A stretch of 64,000 nt of DNA, taken from Macrostomum lignano. Lineage: Eukaryota. Below the pieces are notes generated by a model. It was not told where the DNA came from. It searched no databases and saw only the letters and a list, made by a program, of their open reading frames with translations. The position numbers were made by a program, and so were the translations under genes. How positions within the stretch are numbered: position 1 is the first letter of the stretch; the number at the start of each line of letters is the position of its first letter. The stretch is taken from contig NIVC01000843.1 in assembly GCA_002269645.1 (NCBI GenBank), forward strand, positions 124,001-188,000, read 5' to 3'. Positions 1-14,194 of the stretch are shown one piece after another.

Positions 1-3000
1 TGTTGGTTGACCCGCTCCACTTCCGATAGCCGCTCGCGCAGGTAGCGACATTCGTCTGTTAGATTCTGGGAAGGGAAAATGGTTTTGGCATACTACTAGA
101 TAGTAGCAATGATCGAAAGTAGCTGAATAAATATAGTAAAATACACTATTGTGTACAATATGGTACTGTTTTCATTATAAACAGTGAAAGTAAAACAGTA
201 ACTTCTGTACTTAAGCCATACCGTGCACACACCTGCGATCTACTCGTGTACACAAATGTGATCTACTCGTGTACACAACTGTGACCTACTCGTGCACACA
301 CCTGCGATCTACTCGTGTACACAATTGTGATCTACTCGTGTACACACCTGCGATCTACTCGTGTACACAACTGTGACCTACTCGTGCACACACCTGCGAT
401 CTACTCGTGTACACAACTGTGACCTACTCGTGTACACATCATGTTAGTAAACTAGCACTCGTGTACACATCATGTCAGTCAACTAGCACTCGTGTACACA
501 TCACGTTAGTCAACTAGCACTCGTGTACACATCATGTTAGTCAACTAGCACTCGTGTACACATCATGTTAGTCAACTAGCACTCGTGTACATATCATGTT
601 AGTCAACTAGCACTCGTGTACACATCATGTTAGTCAACTAGCACTCGTGTACACATCACGTTAGTCAACTAGCACTCGTGTACACATCATGTTAGTCAAC
701 TAGCACTCGTGTACACATCATGTTAGTCAACTAGCACTCGTGTACACATCATGTTAGTCAACTAGCACTCGTGTACACATCATGTTAGTCAACTAGCACT
801 CGTGTACACACCATGAATGCTCGTACAAACCATGGCAGTGATAATTGCACCAGGCCCCATACCTTCTGAATGAGAGTGTTCTGAATCAGCTGGCTTGCCA
901 GTTCATCCGTGAAGCGGCCAGCCTGCAGCAGTTCCTGCCTGAGCAGAGCGTTCTCCCGCTCAGCCGATTGCAGACGCTGCTCGCACCCGATTCGTTCAAG
1001 ACGATCCAATCGAGTTTTTGCCGTTGCACCGCTCGATGAGGCAACCTGCATGACGTATAAGGAATAAGAATGGGATTTTAGGTAATGGACCCATACCAGA
1101 CCCGATAACAACGTAACCCACACCCCCTGTTACAGTAGCTCACAACCTAAAAAACAGAAACCCACACCCCCTGTTACAGTAGCTCACAACCTAAAAAACA
1201 GAAACCCACACCCTAGAGCGCCGAAACCCACACCCTAGAGCACCAAAACCCACACCCTAGAGCACCGAAACCCACACCCTAGAGCGCCGAAACCCACACC
1301 CTAGAGCACCAAAACCCACACCCTAGAGCACCGAAACCCACACCCTAGAGCGCCGAAACCCACACCCTAGAGCACCAAAACCCACACCCTAGAGCACCGA
1401 AACCCACACCCTAGAGCACCGAAACCCACACCCTAGAGCACCGAAACCCACACCCTAGAGCACCGAAACCCACACCCTAGAGCACCGAAACCCACACCCT
1501 AGAGCACCGAAACCCACACCCTAGAGCGCCGAAACCCACACCCTAGAGCGCCGAAACTCACACTCTAGAGCACCGAAACCCACACTCTAGAGCACCGAAA
1601 CCCACACCCTAGAGCACCAAAACCCACACCCTAGAGCACCGAAACCCACACCCTAGAGCACCGAAACCCACACCCAAGAGCACAGAAACCCACACCCAAG
1701 AGCACAGAAACCCACACCTAAGAACAAGTTAAAGAACATTTGCTGCCTCTATAGTTAATGTAGATCAATATTGAATTGAATATCTGGACTGCCGATGTTT
1801 GTCTCGACACAGACCAGACTCTCTTTTCAAGTTGTCCTTAAATTTGGTTGACTTCGGTCTAGCAGAGGCATGGCCCGCTAATTAGTCATTAACTTCCAGA
1901 GCTTCACCTCGCGGAGGATTGTAAAATTTGTAAAACCTGAAATTCCGAGCAGCGCCGAATCTGCTATCAAAATTCTACTCTGCGTTCGATAAATAAGAAA
2001 ATTTGTTTAAAATCCTTGGTTGCAATAAAAATTTCCCAAATTCCGTGTCCCGTGTCCAGTCCGAGTCCCGAATCCCTTACTTCGAGACCCGAATTCCTTA
2101 GTCCGTGTCCCGAATCCCGTAGTCCCGATTCCTGAATCCCATAGTCCCGTGTCCCGAATCGTTCAGTCCGAGTCTCGAATCCTCCAGTCCGAGTCCCGAA
2201 TCCCACAATCCGAGTCCTGAATCTTCCAGTCTGAGTCCCGAATCCTCCAGTCCGAGTCCCGAATCCCACAATCCGAGTCCTGAATCTTCCAGTCCGAGTC
2301 CCGAATCCCACAATTCGAGTCCTGAATCTTCCAGTCTGAGTCCCGAATCCTCCAGTCCGAGTCCCGAATCCCACAATCCGAGTCCTGAATCTTCCAGTCT
2401 GAGTCCCGAATCCTCCAGTCCGAGTCCCGAATCCCACAATCCGAGTCCTGAATCTTCCAGTCTGAGTCCCGAATCCCACAGTCCGAGTCCCGAATCCCAC
2501 AGTTCAAGTTCCGAATCCTCCAGTCCGAGTCCCGAATCCCACAGTCCGAGTCCCGAATCCCTCAGTCAGAATCCCGAATCCCTCAGTAAGAATCCCGAAT
2601 CCCACAGTCCGAGTCCCGAATCCCTCAGTCAGAATCCCGAATCCCTCAGTCTGAGTGCTGAATCCCACAGTCCGAGTCCCGAATCCCTCAGTCAGAATCC
2701 CGAATCCCTCAGTAAGAATCCCGAATCCCACAGTCCGAGTCCCGAATCCCTCAGTCAGAATCCCGAATCCCTCAGTCTGAGTCCTGAATCCCACAGTCAG
2801 AGTCCCGAATCCCACAGTTCAAGTTCCGAATCCTCCAGTCCGAGTCCCGAATCCCTCAGTCAGAGTCCCGCAGTGCTCACCGCCAGCTCGGAGCGCAGTT
2901 GTTGGCAGTCAATCTCCACTCGCTCCAGGCGACTTACAGCCTCTTCGATTCGACCGCCAAGTCTGCCGGAAGAAGAAGATTAAAGGGGATATAGCGACGG

Positions 3001-6000
3001 CACTGAATGACTGACTGCACTGAGTGAAGCGAAAGCCTCTTCAGTATACTATACAGCCTTATATTAGGATAATCCGATTAATCCCTCTTGCTCAACAGCC
3101 AGCTAATGCATTTCTCTTCCTCATTCTCAAATCCCATTCGTGTCGAGTTTCCGAATTTAGCCCCAGGCGAATAGCTTTTGCTCTCCCAGTGTAGGCTGAG
3201 AAGAAGAAGGGCTCCGTTTTCGAGGGTTGCACTAGTGTGCTAAACGATGCGCAATGGAAATGAGCAATAAGAGCAACACTTAAGGCCACTGGCTCTACTT
3301 TTCTCTCACTCTCGACTCTCGATCTTTCCGATTGTGTAAGTCAATTTCAGTTAAAATAGTAAATTCTGAAATCAATGAGGTCGATCGCAGTTCTCCTCTT
3401 ATTTTTAATGATAGCAGTAGCTTGCATCGCATGCATAATGGCTTACTTTCATCACCTAATTGATGTGTCCTCTCCTCTGTCTGTTATCTCTCTCTCGTGT
3501 CTGTTATCTCTCTCGTGTCTATTATCTCTCTCGTGTCTGTTATCTCTCTCGTGTCTGTTATCTCTCTCGTGTCTGTTATCTCTCTCGTGTCTGTTATCTC
3601 TCTCGTGTTTGTTATCTCTCTCGTCTCTGTTATCCCTCTCTCGTGTCTGTTATCTCTCTCCCATGTCTGTTATCTCTCTTTCGTGTCTGTTATCTCTCTC
3701 GTGTCTGTTATCTCTCCCATGTCTGTTATCTCTCTCCCATGTCCGTTATCTCTCTTTCGTGTCTGTTATCTCTCTCGTGTCTGTTATCTCTCTCGTGTCT
3801 GTTATCTCTCTCGTGTCTGTTATCTCTCTCGTGTCTGTTATCTCTCTCGTGTTTGTTATCTCTCTCGTCTCTGTTATCCCTCTCTCGTGTCTGTTATCTC
3901 TCTCCCATGTCTGTTATCTCTCTCGTCTCTGTTATCCCTCTCTCGTGTCTGTTATCTCTCTCCCATGTCTGTTATCTCTCTCGTGTCTGTTATCTCTCTC
4001 GTGTTTGTTATCTCTCTCGTCTCTGTTATCCCTCTCTCGTGTCTGTTATCTCTCTCCCATGTCTGTTATCTCTCTTTCGTGTCTGTTATCTCTCTCGTGT
4101 CTGTTATCTCTCTCGTGTCTGTTATCTCTCTTTCGTGTCTATTATCTCTCTCGTGTCTGTTATCTCTCTCGTGTCTGTTATCTCTCTCGTGTTTGTTATC
4201 TCTCTCGTCTCTGTTATCCCTCTCTCGTGTCTGTTATCTCTCTCCCATGTCTGTTATCTCTCTCGTCTCTGTTATCCCTCTCTCGTGTCTGTTATCTCTC
4301 TCCCATGTCTGTTATCTCTCTCGTGTCTGTTATCTCTCTCGTGTTTGTTATCTCTCTCGTCTCTGTTATCCCTCTCTCGTGTCTGTTATCTCTCTCCCAT
4401 GTCTGTTATCTCTCTTTCGTGTCTGTTATCTCTCTCGTGTCTGTTATCTCTCTTTCGTGTCTATTATCTCTCTCGTGTCTGTTATCTCTCTCGTGTCTGT
4501 TATCTCTCTCGTGTCTGTTATCTCTCTCGTGTCTGTTATCTCTCTCGTGTTTGTTATCTCTCTCGTCTCTGTTATCCCTCTCTCGTGTCTGTTATCTCTC
4601 TCCCATGTCTGTTATCTCTCTTTCGTGTCTGTTATCTCTCTCGTGTCTGTTATCTCTCTCGTGTCTGTTATCTCTCTTTCGTGTCTATTATCTCTCTCGT
4701 GTCTGTTATCTCTCTCGTGTCTGTTATCTCTCTCGAGTTTGTTATCTCTCTCGTCTCTGTTATCCCTCTCTCGTGTCTGTTATCTCTCTCCCATGTCTGT
4801 TATCTCTCTCGTCTCTGTTATCCCTCTCTCGTGTCTGTTATCTCTCTCCCATGTCCGTTATCTCTCTTTCGTGTCTGTTATCTCTCTCGTGTCTGTTATC
4901 TCTCTCGTGTTTGTTATCTCTCTCGTCTCTGTTATCCCTCTCTCGTGTCTGTTATCTCTCTCCCATGTCTGTTATCTCTCTTTCGTGTCTGTTATCTCTC
5001 TCGTGTCTGTTATCTCTCTCGTGTCTGTTATCTCTCTTTCGTGTCTATTATCTCTCTCTCGTGTCTGTTATCTCTCTCCCATGTCTGTTATCTCTCTCGT
5101 CTCTGTTATCCCTCTCTCGTGTCTGTTATCTCTCTCCCATGTCCATTATCTCTCTTTCGTGTCTGTTATCTCTCTCGTGTCTGTTATCTCTCTCGTGTTT
5201 GTTATCTCTCTCGTCTCTGTTATCCCTCTCTCGTGTCTGTTATCTCTCTCCCATGTCTGTTATCTCTCTCGTGTCTGTTATCTCTCTCGTGTCTGTTATC
5301 TCTCTCGTGTCTGTTATCTCTCTCGTGTCTGTTATCTCTCTCGTGTTTGTTATCTCTCTCGTCTCTGTTATCCCTCTCCCATGTCTGTTATCTCTCTTTC
5401 GTGTTTGTTATCTCTCTCGTGTCTGTTATCTCTCTCGTCTCTGTTATCCCTCTCTCGTGTCTGGTATCTCTCTCGTCTCTGTTATCCCTCTCTCGTGTCT
5501 GTTATCTCTCTCCCATGTCTGTTATCTCTCTTTCGTGTCTGTTATCTCTCTCGTGTCTGTTATCTCTCTCGTCTCTGTTATCCCTCTCTCGTGTCTGTTA
5601 TCTCTCTCCCATGTCTGTTATCTCTCTTTCGTGTCTGTTATCTCTCTTTCGTGTCTATTATCTCTCTCGTGTCTGTTATCTCTCTCGTGTTTGTTATCTC
5701 TCTCGTGTCTGTTATCTCTCTCGTGTCTGTTATCTCTCTCGTGTTTGTTATCTCTCTCGTGTCTGTTATCTCTCTCGTGTTTGTTATCTCTCTCGTCTCT
5801 GTTATCCCTCTCCCATGTCTGTTATCTCTCTTTCGTGTCTGTTATCTCTCTCGTGTCTGTTATCTCTCTCGTGTCTGTAAACTCTCTCGTTTCTGTTATC
5901 TCTCTCGTGTCTGTTATCTCTCTCGTGTCTGTTATCTCTCTCGTGTCTGTTATCTCTCTCGTGTCTGTTATCTCTCTCGTGTCTGTTATCTCTCTCGTTT

Positions 6001-9000
6001 CTGTTATCTCTCTCGTGTCTGTTATCTCTCTCGTGTCTGTTATCTCTCTCGTGTTTGTTATCTCTCTCGTTTCTGTTATCTCTCTCGTGTCTGTTATCTC
6101 TCTCGTGTCTATTATCTCTCTCCCATGTCTGTTATCTCTCTCGTTTCTGTTATCTCTCTCGTGTCTGTTATCTCTCTCGTTTCTGTTATCTCTCTCGTGT
6201 CTGTTATCTCTCTCGTGTCTGTTATCTCTCTCGTGTTTGTTATCTCTCTCGTTTCTGTTATCTCTCTCGTGTCTGTTATCTCTCTCGTGTCTATTATCTC
6301 TCTCCCATGTCTGTTATCTCTCTCGTTTCTGTTATCTCTCTCGTGTCTGTTATCTCTCTCGTTTCTGTTATCTCTCTCGTGTCTGTTATCTCTCTCGTGT
6401 CTGTTATCTCTCTCGTTTCTGTTATCTCTCTTTCGTGTCTATTATCTCTCTCGTGTCTGTTATCTCTCTTTCGTGTCTGTTATCTCTCTCGTGTCTGTTA
6501 TCTCTCTCGTTTCTGTTATCTCTCTCGTGTCTGTTATCTCTCTTTCGTGTCTGTTATCTCTCTCGTTTCTGTTATCTCTCTCGTGTCTGTTATCTCTCTC
6601 GTGTCTGTTATCTCTCTCGTGTCTGTTATCTCTCTCGTTTCTGTTATCTCTCTCGTTTCTGTTATCTCTCTCGTGTCTGTTATCTCTCTCGTGTCTGTTA
6701 TCTCTCTCCCATGTCTGTTATCTCTCTCGTTTCTGTTATCTCTCTCGTGTCTGTTATCTCTCTCGTTTCTGTTATCTCTCTCGTGTCTGTTATCTCTCTC
6801 GTGTCTGTTATCTCTCTCCCATGTCTGTTATCTCTCTCGTTTCTGTTATCTCTCTCGTGTCTGTTATCTCTCTCGTATGTCTGTTATCTCTCTCGTGTCT
6901 GTTATCTCTCTCGTGTCTATTATCTCTCTCGTGTCTATTATCTCTCTCGTTTCTGTTATCTCTCTCGTGTCTGTTATCTCTCTCGTATGTCTGTTATCTC
7001 TCTTTCGTGTCTGTTATCTCTCTCGTGTCTGTTATCTCTCTCGTGTCTGTTATCTCTCTCGTATGTCTGTTATCTCTCTCTCGTGTCTGTTATCTCTCTC
7101 GTATGTCTGTTATCTCTCTTTCGTGTCTGTTATCTCTCTCGTGTCTGTTATCTCTCTCGTGTCTGTTATCTCTCTCGTGTCTGTTATCTCTCTCGTGTCT
7201 GTTATCTCTCTCCCATGTCTGTTATCTCTCTCGTGTCTGTTATCTCTCTCGTGTCTGTTATCTCTCTCGTGTTTGTTATCTCTCTCGTGTCTGTTATCTC
7301 TCTCGTGTCTGTTATCTCTCTCGTGTCTGTTATCTCTCTCTCGTGTCTGTTATCTCTCTCGTGTCTGTTATCTCTCTCGTGTCTGTTATCTCTCTCGTGT
7401 CTGTTATCTCTCTCGTATGTCTGTTATCTCTCTCTCGTGTCTGTTATCTCTCTCGTATGTCTGTTATCTCTCTTTCGTGTCTGTTATCTCTCTCCCATGT
7501 CTGTTATCTCTCTTTCGTGTCTGTTATCTCTCTCGTGTCTGTTATCTCTCTCGTGTCTGTTATCTCTCTCGTGTCTGTTATCTCTCTCGTATGTCTGTTA
7601 TCTCTCTCTCGTGTCTGTTATCTCTCTCGTATGTCTGTTATCTCTCTTTCGTGTCTGTTATCTCTCTCGTGTCTGTTATCTCTCTCGTGTCTGTTATCTC
7701 TCTCGTGTCTGTTATCTCTCTCGTGTCTGTTATCTCTCTCCCATGTCTGTTATCTCTCTCGTGTCTGTTATCTCTCTCGTGTCTGTTATCTCTCTCGTGT
7801 TTGTTATCTCTCTCGTGTCTGTTATCTCTCTCGTGTCTGTTATCTCTCTCGTGTCTGTTATCTCTCTCTCGTGTCTGTTATCTCTCTCGTGTCTGTTATC
7901 TCTCTCGTGTCTGTTATCTCTCTCGTCTCTATTATCTCTCTCGTGTCTGTTATCTCTCTCGTGTCTGTTATCTCTCTCGTGTCTTTTATATCTCTCGTGT
8001 CTGTTATCTCTCTCGTGTCTTTTATTTCTCTCGTGTCTATTATCTCTCTCTCGTGTCTGTTATCTCTCTCGTGTCTTTTATATCTCTCGTGTCTGTTATA
8101 TCTCTCGTGTCTGTTATTTCTCTCGTGTCTGTTATTTCTCTCGTGTCTGTTATTTCTCTCGTGTCTGTTATATCTCTCGTTTCTGTTATCTCTCTCGTGT
8201 CTGTTATCTCTCTCGTGTCTGTTATCTCTCTCGTTTCTGTTATCTCTCTCGTGTCTGTTATCTCTCTCGTGTCTGTTATCTCTCTCGTGTCTGTTATCTC
8301 TCTCGTGTCTGTTATCTCTCTCGTGTCTGTTATCTCTCTCGTTTCTGTTATCTCTCTCGTGTCTGTTATCTCTCTCGTGTCTGTTATCTCTCTCGTGTTT
8401 GTTATCTCTCTCGTTTCTGTTATCTCTCTCGTGTCTGTTATCTCTCTCGTGTCTATTATCTCTCTCCCATGTCTGTTATCTCTCTCGTTTCTGTTATCTC
8501 TCTCGTGTCTGTTATCTCTCTCGTTTCTGTTATCTCTCTCGTGTCTGTTATCTCTCTCGTGTCTGTTATCTCTCTCGTGTTTGTTATCTCTCTCGTTTCT
8601 GTTATCTCTCTCGTGTCTGTTATCTCTCTCGTGTCTATTATCTCTCTCCCATGTCTGTTATCTCTCTCGTTTCTGTTATCTCTCTCGTGTCTGTTATCTC
8701 TCTCGTTTCTGTTATCTCTCTCGTGTCTGTTATCTCTCTCGTGTCTGTTATCTCTCTCGTTTCTGTTATCTCTCTTTCGTGTCTATTATCTCTCTCGTGT
8801 CTGTTATCTCTCTTTCGTGTCTGTTATCTCTCTCGTGTCTGTTATCTCTCTCGTGTCTGTTATCTCTCTCGTGTCTGTTATCTCTCTTTCGTGTCTGTTA
8901 TCTCTCTCGTTTCTGTTATCTCTCTCGTGTCTGTTATCTCTCTCGTGTCTGTTATCTCTCTCGTGTCTGTTATCTCTCTCGTTTCTGTTATCTCTCTCGT

Positions 9001-12000
9001 TTCTGTTATCTCTCTCGTGTCTGTTATCTCTCTCGTGTCTGTTATCTCTCTCCCATGTCTGTTATCTCTCTCGTTTCTGTTATCTCTCTCGTGTCTGTTA
9101 TCTCTCTCGTTTCTGTTATCTCTCTCGTGTCTGTTATCTCTCTCGTGTCTGTTATCTCTCTCCCATGTCTGTTATCTCTCTCGTTTCTGTTATCTCTCTC
9201 GTGTCTGTTATCTCTCTCGTATGTCTGTTATCTCTCTCGTGTCTGTTATCTCTCTCGTGTCTATTATCTCTCTCGTGTCTATTATCTCTCTCGTTTCTGT
9301 TATCTCTCTCGTGTCTGTTATCTCTCTCGTATGTCTGTTATCTCTCTTTCGTGTCTGTTATCTCTCTCGTGTCTGTTATCTCTCTCGTGTCTGTTATCTC
9401 TCTCGTATGTCTGTTATCTCTCTCTCGTGTCTGTTATCTCTCTCGTATGTCTGTTATCTCTCTTTCGTGTCTGTTATCTCTCTCGTGTCTGTTATCTCTC
9501 TCGTGTCTGTTATCTCTCTCGTGTCTGTTATCTCTCTCGTGTCTGTTATCTCTCTCCCATGTCTGTTATCTCTCTCGTGTCTGTTATCTCTCTCGTGTCT
9601 GTTATCTCTCTCGTGTTTGTTATCTCTCTCGTGTCTGTTATCTCTCTCGTGTCTGTTATCTCTCTCGTGTCTGTTATCTCTCTCTCGTGTCTGTTATCTC
9701 TCTCGTGTCTGTTATCTCTCTCGTGTCTGTTATCTCTCTCGTGTCTGTTATCTCTCTCGTATGTCTGTTATCTCTCTCTCGTGTCTGTTATCTCTCTCGT
9801 ATGTCTGTTATCTCTCTTTCGTGTCTGTTATCTCTCTCCCATGTCTGTTATCTCTCTTTCGTGTCTGTTATCTCTCTCGTGTCTGTTATCTCTCTCGTGT
9901 CTGTTATCTCTCTCGTGTCTGTTATCTCTCTCGTATGTCTGTTATCTCTCTCTCGTGTCTGTTATCTCTCTCGTATGTCTGTTATCTCTCTTTCGTGTCT
10001 GTTATCTCTCTCGTGTCTGTTATCTCTCTCGTGTCTGTTATCTCTCTCGTGTCTGTTATCTCTCTCGTGTCTGTTATCTCTCTCCCATGTCTGTTATCTC
10101 TCTCGTGTCTGTTATCTCTCTCGTGTCTGTTATCTCTCTCGTGTTTGTTATCTCTCTCGTGTCTGTTATCTCTCTCGTGTCTGTTATCTCTCTCGTGTCT
10201 GTTATCTCTCTCTCGTGTCTGTTATCTCTCTCGTGTCTGTTATCTCTCTCGTGTCTGTTATCTCTCTCGTCTCTATTATCTCTCTCGTGTCTGTTATCTC
10301 TCTCGTGTCTGTTATCTCTCTCGTGTCTTTTATATCTCTCGTGTCTGTTATCTCTCTCGTGTCTTTTATTTCTCTCGTGTCTATTATCTCTCTCTCGTGT
10401 CTGTTATCTCTCTCGTGTCTTTTATATCTCTCGTGTCTGTTATATCTCTCGTGTCTGTTATTTCTCTCGTGTCTGTTATTTCTCTCGTGTCTGTTATTTC
10501 TCTCGTGTCTGTTATATCTCTCGTGTCTGTTATATCTCTCGTGTCTATTATCTCTCTCTCGTGTCTATTATCTCTCTCGTGTCTGTTATTTCTCTCGTGT
10601 CTGTTATCTCCGCTTTTTGACTCCAATAATATTTCCCAACTATAGTCTCTCAAACTTTCACTCGCTTTTCAACTCAGGTTCCTCGGAGAATCCTTTAGTC
10701 TGGCTCTACCAGCTAGCTAGCTCCAGTGCCTTAAGATATGAGAGAGATCCCCTAGCTAGCTCTATTGACCCTTCTTCCTCCATAAAACCGTCAGTTAACT
10801 AGCCCCTTATTTCATACAGCTAGTTGACTATATAACTTTAGACCTCTTGGGACCTCTTGGTTGCAATTGCACTGTTGCTCTGGTGGTTAGATAGCGGTTC
10901 AGTTTACTACGATCGGCGAGACGAAGTTCAGGGGAGAGAAGGCTGGAGTGCAAAGGCTGGACTCGAGGAAATGAAAAACTCGTTTATACCGAACGGAAGT
11001 GAAGCGGCAGAATTAGTTAAATATAATAATTTGCATTTAGGTCTGGCTCATGAGCCTCCAGCTCATTTCTAAGAAAATCTAGTGTAGCGCTACTACCTCA
11101 GTTGTCCGTGGGTTGGAACTATACTCAACGACATTAAAAAGATGCCACCTTTGAGTAAACTCCAGCTCAGTATTGACTTTTGAGTGATGCAACTTGCGCC
11201 ACGCGATGCAAAGTTGGGCTGGGTGAGGAGGGATTGGGAAGAGCGGAGGGCGAAGACCGGGTGGATTGAAGCTTCCGCCCGGTTTCATTGTTTTTTTTCA
11301 AAAATTTTTTATATCCAAATGGTTGGCCAGGTGATAGACGCTGGTCGAAAGACTGCTCACTTGGGCAAAGGGTGGCGACTTTTCAATGTTGCAGAGTATA
11401 CTTATATAGTATAATTACAACTTATATTGCGTTCCTCCTGGGCCAAATTTTCTTGTCCCAAAACTGTCTATGGTAAAACCTCACTTGGTGCAATGGGAGT
11501 TTCATTGAAAGTCAGAGTTGACATTAAAACATTCGTTTGGAATTAGAGTACACAGAGTACTTGGCTTTTTAAAAAAAATAGATAAACAGCGATTATTTAA
11601 AACACAGACATACAGAGGAAAGTAGGGCTCAAGGCCTACAGGGGCATATTTACCTAGAGTAAAGTAGGGGGTGGGGTAAAGATAAGATAAGATAAAATAA
11701 AATAGGACGAGAATATTAAGAAAGTCTTTATTTAATTGTAATAAGTCCGCGTTTATTTAGTCTTCATAAAAATAGCAAAAAAAGGTTAACATAGAATTTA
11801 GCTCTGGCGCAGCTTAAACAAAACTTAGTTGTACAGGTTAGGACTTAGGAGTAGGAGCAAGAGGCGAGATTGAAGAGCCAATCAGAAGGCAGCGAGAGAG
11901 AGAGAGAGAGAGATAAAAGAATAACAAGACTGAATTGACAGAGAGAGGGACAGAAAAAAGTACACATAGACAAGTGCAGATGAACTAAGAAAGTCACGAC

Positions 12001-12895
12001 ATTTGAAAACTTTTTGATCAGGATTCAGCCTACAATGAAACGACGCCAATATCCAGATTTTATTATCTCGGAAATGTCATTTTAAGCGAGATTTGGCCTT
12101 CAACTTTTTGGGCTATCAAATTCGTCCTTCACTGCATTCTAGCGAGAATATACTGGATTTTACTACCTTTTTAGTGGGTGTTTTTCTTTGGCTCACCACT
12201 TTATTGATTTGTAGTTGTAGCCTGTAAAACACCAAGTACAAAAGAAAGTAACCCAGTAATGCAAATAATGCAAAAGACAAGTTGCAGTTTTGCGCAGTAG
12301 ACTATCTCTTTCCAAAAAAAACTGCTTTTGCGTCGAAGAAGCAGAAAAAAATCTTTGGCGGCTTTCTTCCCTACTATAGCGATTTTACAGACCAATTTTA
12401 TGATTCCTGCCAACCAATTTCATGGGCGGGCTACATTCATACGAGCTATGCACAGTGAGTGTACATGCCTGACGAACTTAGAGACCACCAATCCGCCCTC
12501 GAATCGAAGACAATACTGGTTTGGCCATAGACATCCTTTCTATACTAGCAGCTTTAGGAGTAAATTGGCTCTAGATATAGGGCTAGAATGTCTATGGCCA
12601 AACTAGAATCTTCTACACAGACACAGAGTCACTGTAATATTTTTACATAGAATTTGAGCAAAAAATATTTGAAAATTTCATAGATTTGTTTTTAAACGAA
12701 GCGGCGTTTAGTGTTTTAGAGGCAAAAATATTCAAGCAGGAGCTATCTAAATCTGCATATCAGTTTCAAATTAATGTTCTGATTATGTACTAAATAAACA
12801 AATCTTTTAAAGTATAGATCATAACAGAAACTTACATTCTATTCGACTCCTGAGATTCTGTCAATTGTTGATGCAACTGCTGTTGTTGCTGCTGC

Positions 12896-12953
<58 letters not shown>

Positions 12954-13453
12954 GCAACTGGGACTGCGACACGGCTTCAGCATCGTGCTGATTATGATGC
13001 GATCGTCTTGCTGAAGTTTCTTGTCCCGCAGAATTTGAGTTGGATGGTTGTTGCTGATGTTGTTGCGGCTGCTGTTGTTGATGCTGTTGCTGATTGTGAG
13101 ATTTCTTTCGCTGAATAAATGTGAGAATAAGTAGGGCAACTGATTACAGATCATTAGAACGCTGATTGCAGATCATTAGGACACTGATTACAGTTCATTA
13201 GGACACTGATTACAGTTCATTAGGACACTGATTACAGATCATTAGAACACTAATTACAGATGCATTAGGGTCTCATAATCCTTCAATGGGATCTCATAAT
13301 CCATCAGTTGGATTCAAATGATGCAAACAGACTCTGATTAGGAGCTGAAAAGTTTCATTATCTTACCTGAAATTTTGTAAACATAGTTGCTTGGCCACCA
13401 CGTCTCGATGGTGTTGGCTCTGCTGGTGTCCCCAACTCAACAGACACTGTCAT
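1..13453 (-). CDS. PolyQ-containing coiled-coil protein of unknown family, 5 exons visible, 3' end beyond window: join(13367..13453,12836..13110,2881..2962,863..1045,<1..65)
   Basis: ATG at 13453 preceded by in-frame TAA. All junctions are GT..AG and phase-compatible (0,2,0,0). Translation: MTVSVELGTPAEPTPSRRGGQATMFTKFQ|RKKSHNQQQ..Q26..TESQESNR(I)|LGGRIEEAVSRLERVEIDCQQLRSELA|VASSSGATAKTRLDRLERIGCEQRLQSAERENALLRQELLQ..IQK|NLTDECRYLRERLSEVERVNQ, with heptad-like L/E/R/Q composition. Confidence 0.75.
228..810. repeat. Two adjoining related minisatellites (~23-24 bp CTACTCGTGTACACAACTGTGA-type, then 31 bp CATGTTAGTCAACTAGCACTCGTGTACACAT)
   Basis: Visible tandem periodicity; shared core CTCGTGTACAC; intronic. 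Confidence 0.95.
1118..1720. repeat. 22-bp minisatellite CCCTAGAGCACCGAAACCCACA
   Basis: Visible tandem copies, intronic. Confidence 0.95.
2040..2870. repeat. ~21-bp minisatellite CAGTCCGAGTCCCGAATCCCA
   Basis: Visible tandem copies; source of spurious ORFs 1967-2815; ends ~10 nt from the splice donor at 2880. Confidence 0.95.
3478..10610. repeat. ~7.1-kb intronic satellite, 18-bp unit GTGTCTGTTATCTCTCTC, with higher-order duplication
   Basis: 6-aa periodicity in all three + frames; variant units recur at an offset of 2344 bp (6051/8395, 7981/10325). Confidence 0.98.
11120..11400. mobile_element. Putative MITE-like element with imperfect ~35-bp terminal inverted repeats
   Basis: TATACTCAACGACATTAAAAAGATGCCACCTTTG (11120-11153) vs reverse complement of 11366-11400, TATACTCTGCAACATTGAAAAGTCGCCACCCTTTG. 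Confidence 0.45.
13140..13262. repeat. 22-bp minisatellite CTGATTACAGTTCATTAGGACA
   Basis: Visible tandem copies in intron 1 of the coiled-coil gene. Confidence 0.9.
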
Positions 13454-14194
13454 TTACATTCGCATTTCGCATTTCTCCCTGAGATTTTTATGGTTAGCCC
13501 TACATTGATATTACGAGCTAAAAGTGCTTTAATCTACAGTTTGTTGCAAGAAAATACAGGTCTTACAACGCAATCATATCCAGTAAGGCCGGCTCTATAT
13601 CGTATCTATAGGTTGCCTGGATTACACTTGGGAAGAAGAACATTTATTACAAAGGCACAGCCGGTGTACGAGCTAAAAAGGGAGCAGAAAGGAAGGCAGA
13701 GAGGGACAGAGAACGGAGGGGCTGCACATTGTACAGGAGTGGGCGAGGCAACGGAAATAGGAATGTGCGGCTTTGGTACCCTCCCGGCGAATGGAGAGTG
13801 TACGTCTCATTGGGGTGCTAGTTGCAGGGGAAGGGGGAACGGGTGGCCCAGAGGACTCCCAACTCCCCCATTTCTCTCCTCTCTCCACAACGTTCAGCCT
13901 TGCTCTTGCCTTTCCTTTCGTCCGTCCTATATTTATTGCGCGCTAAGAACTGAAACTGGTTGGGGGTGTGCGTGTTGGCGAATGCATTGGCGGGGTGACG
14001 TCATGCTTCTAGCTGTGTCGCACGCATGAAATGCAACTTTAGCTTACAGCAGCTAAGCTAAGGTTTAGGGTTTCTTAACATTCAAGAATTTGATTTTATT
14101 AGCCATGTTGCGGTGCGGCCATTCCTCTAGGGGCAAACAGAGATAGTCCATTTAGCAGCGCCGACGCCTACAGAAGTTAAGCAATGCCATCTAC

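Noticed and set aside
3375-10802. Giant + strand ORFs (806-2475 aa)
   Set aside because: Translations of a stop-free 18-bp satellite, open in all three frames, antisense within an intron
12861-13154. PolyN ORF in the track
   Set aside because: Wrong frame; splice phases support the polyQ frame
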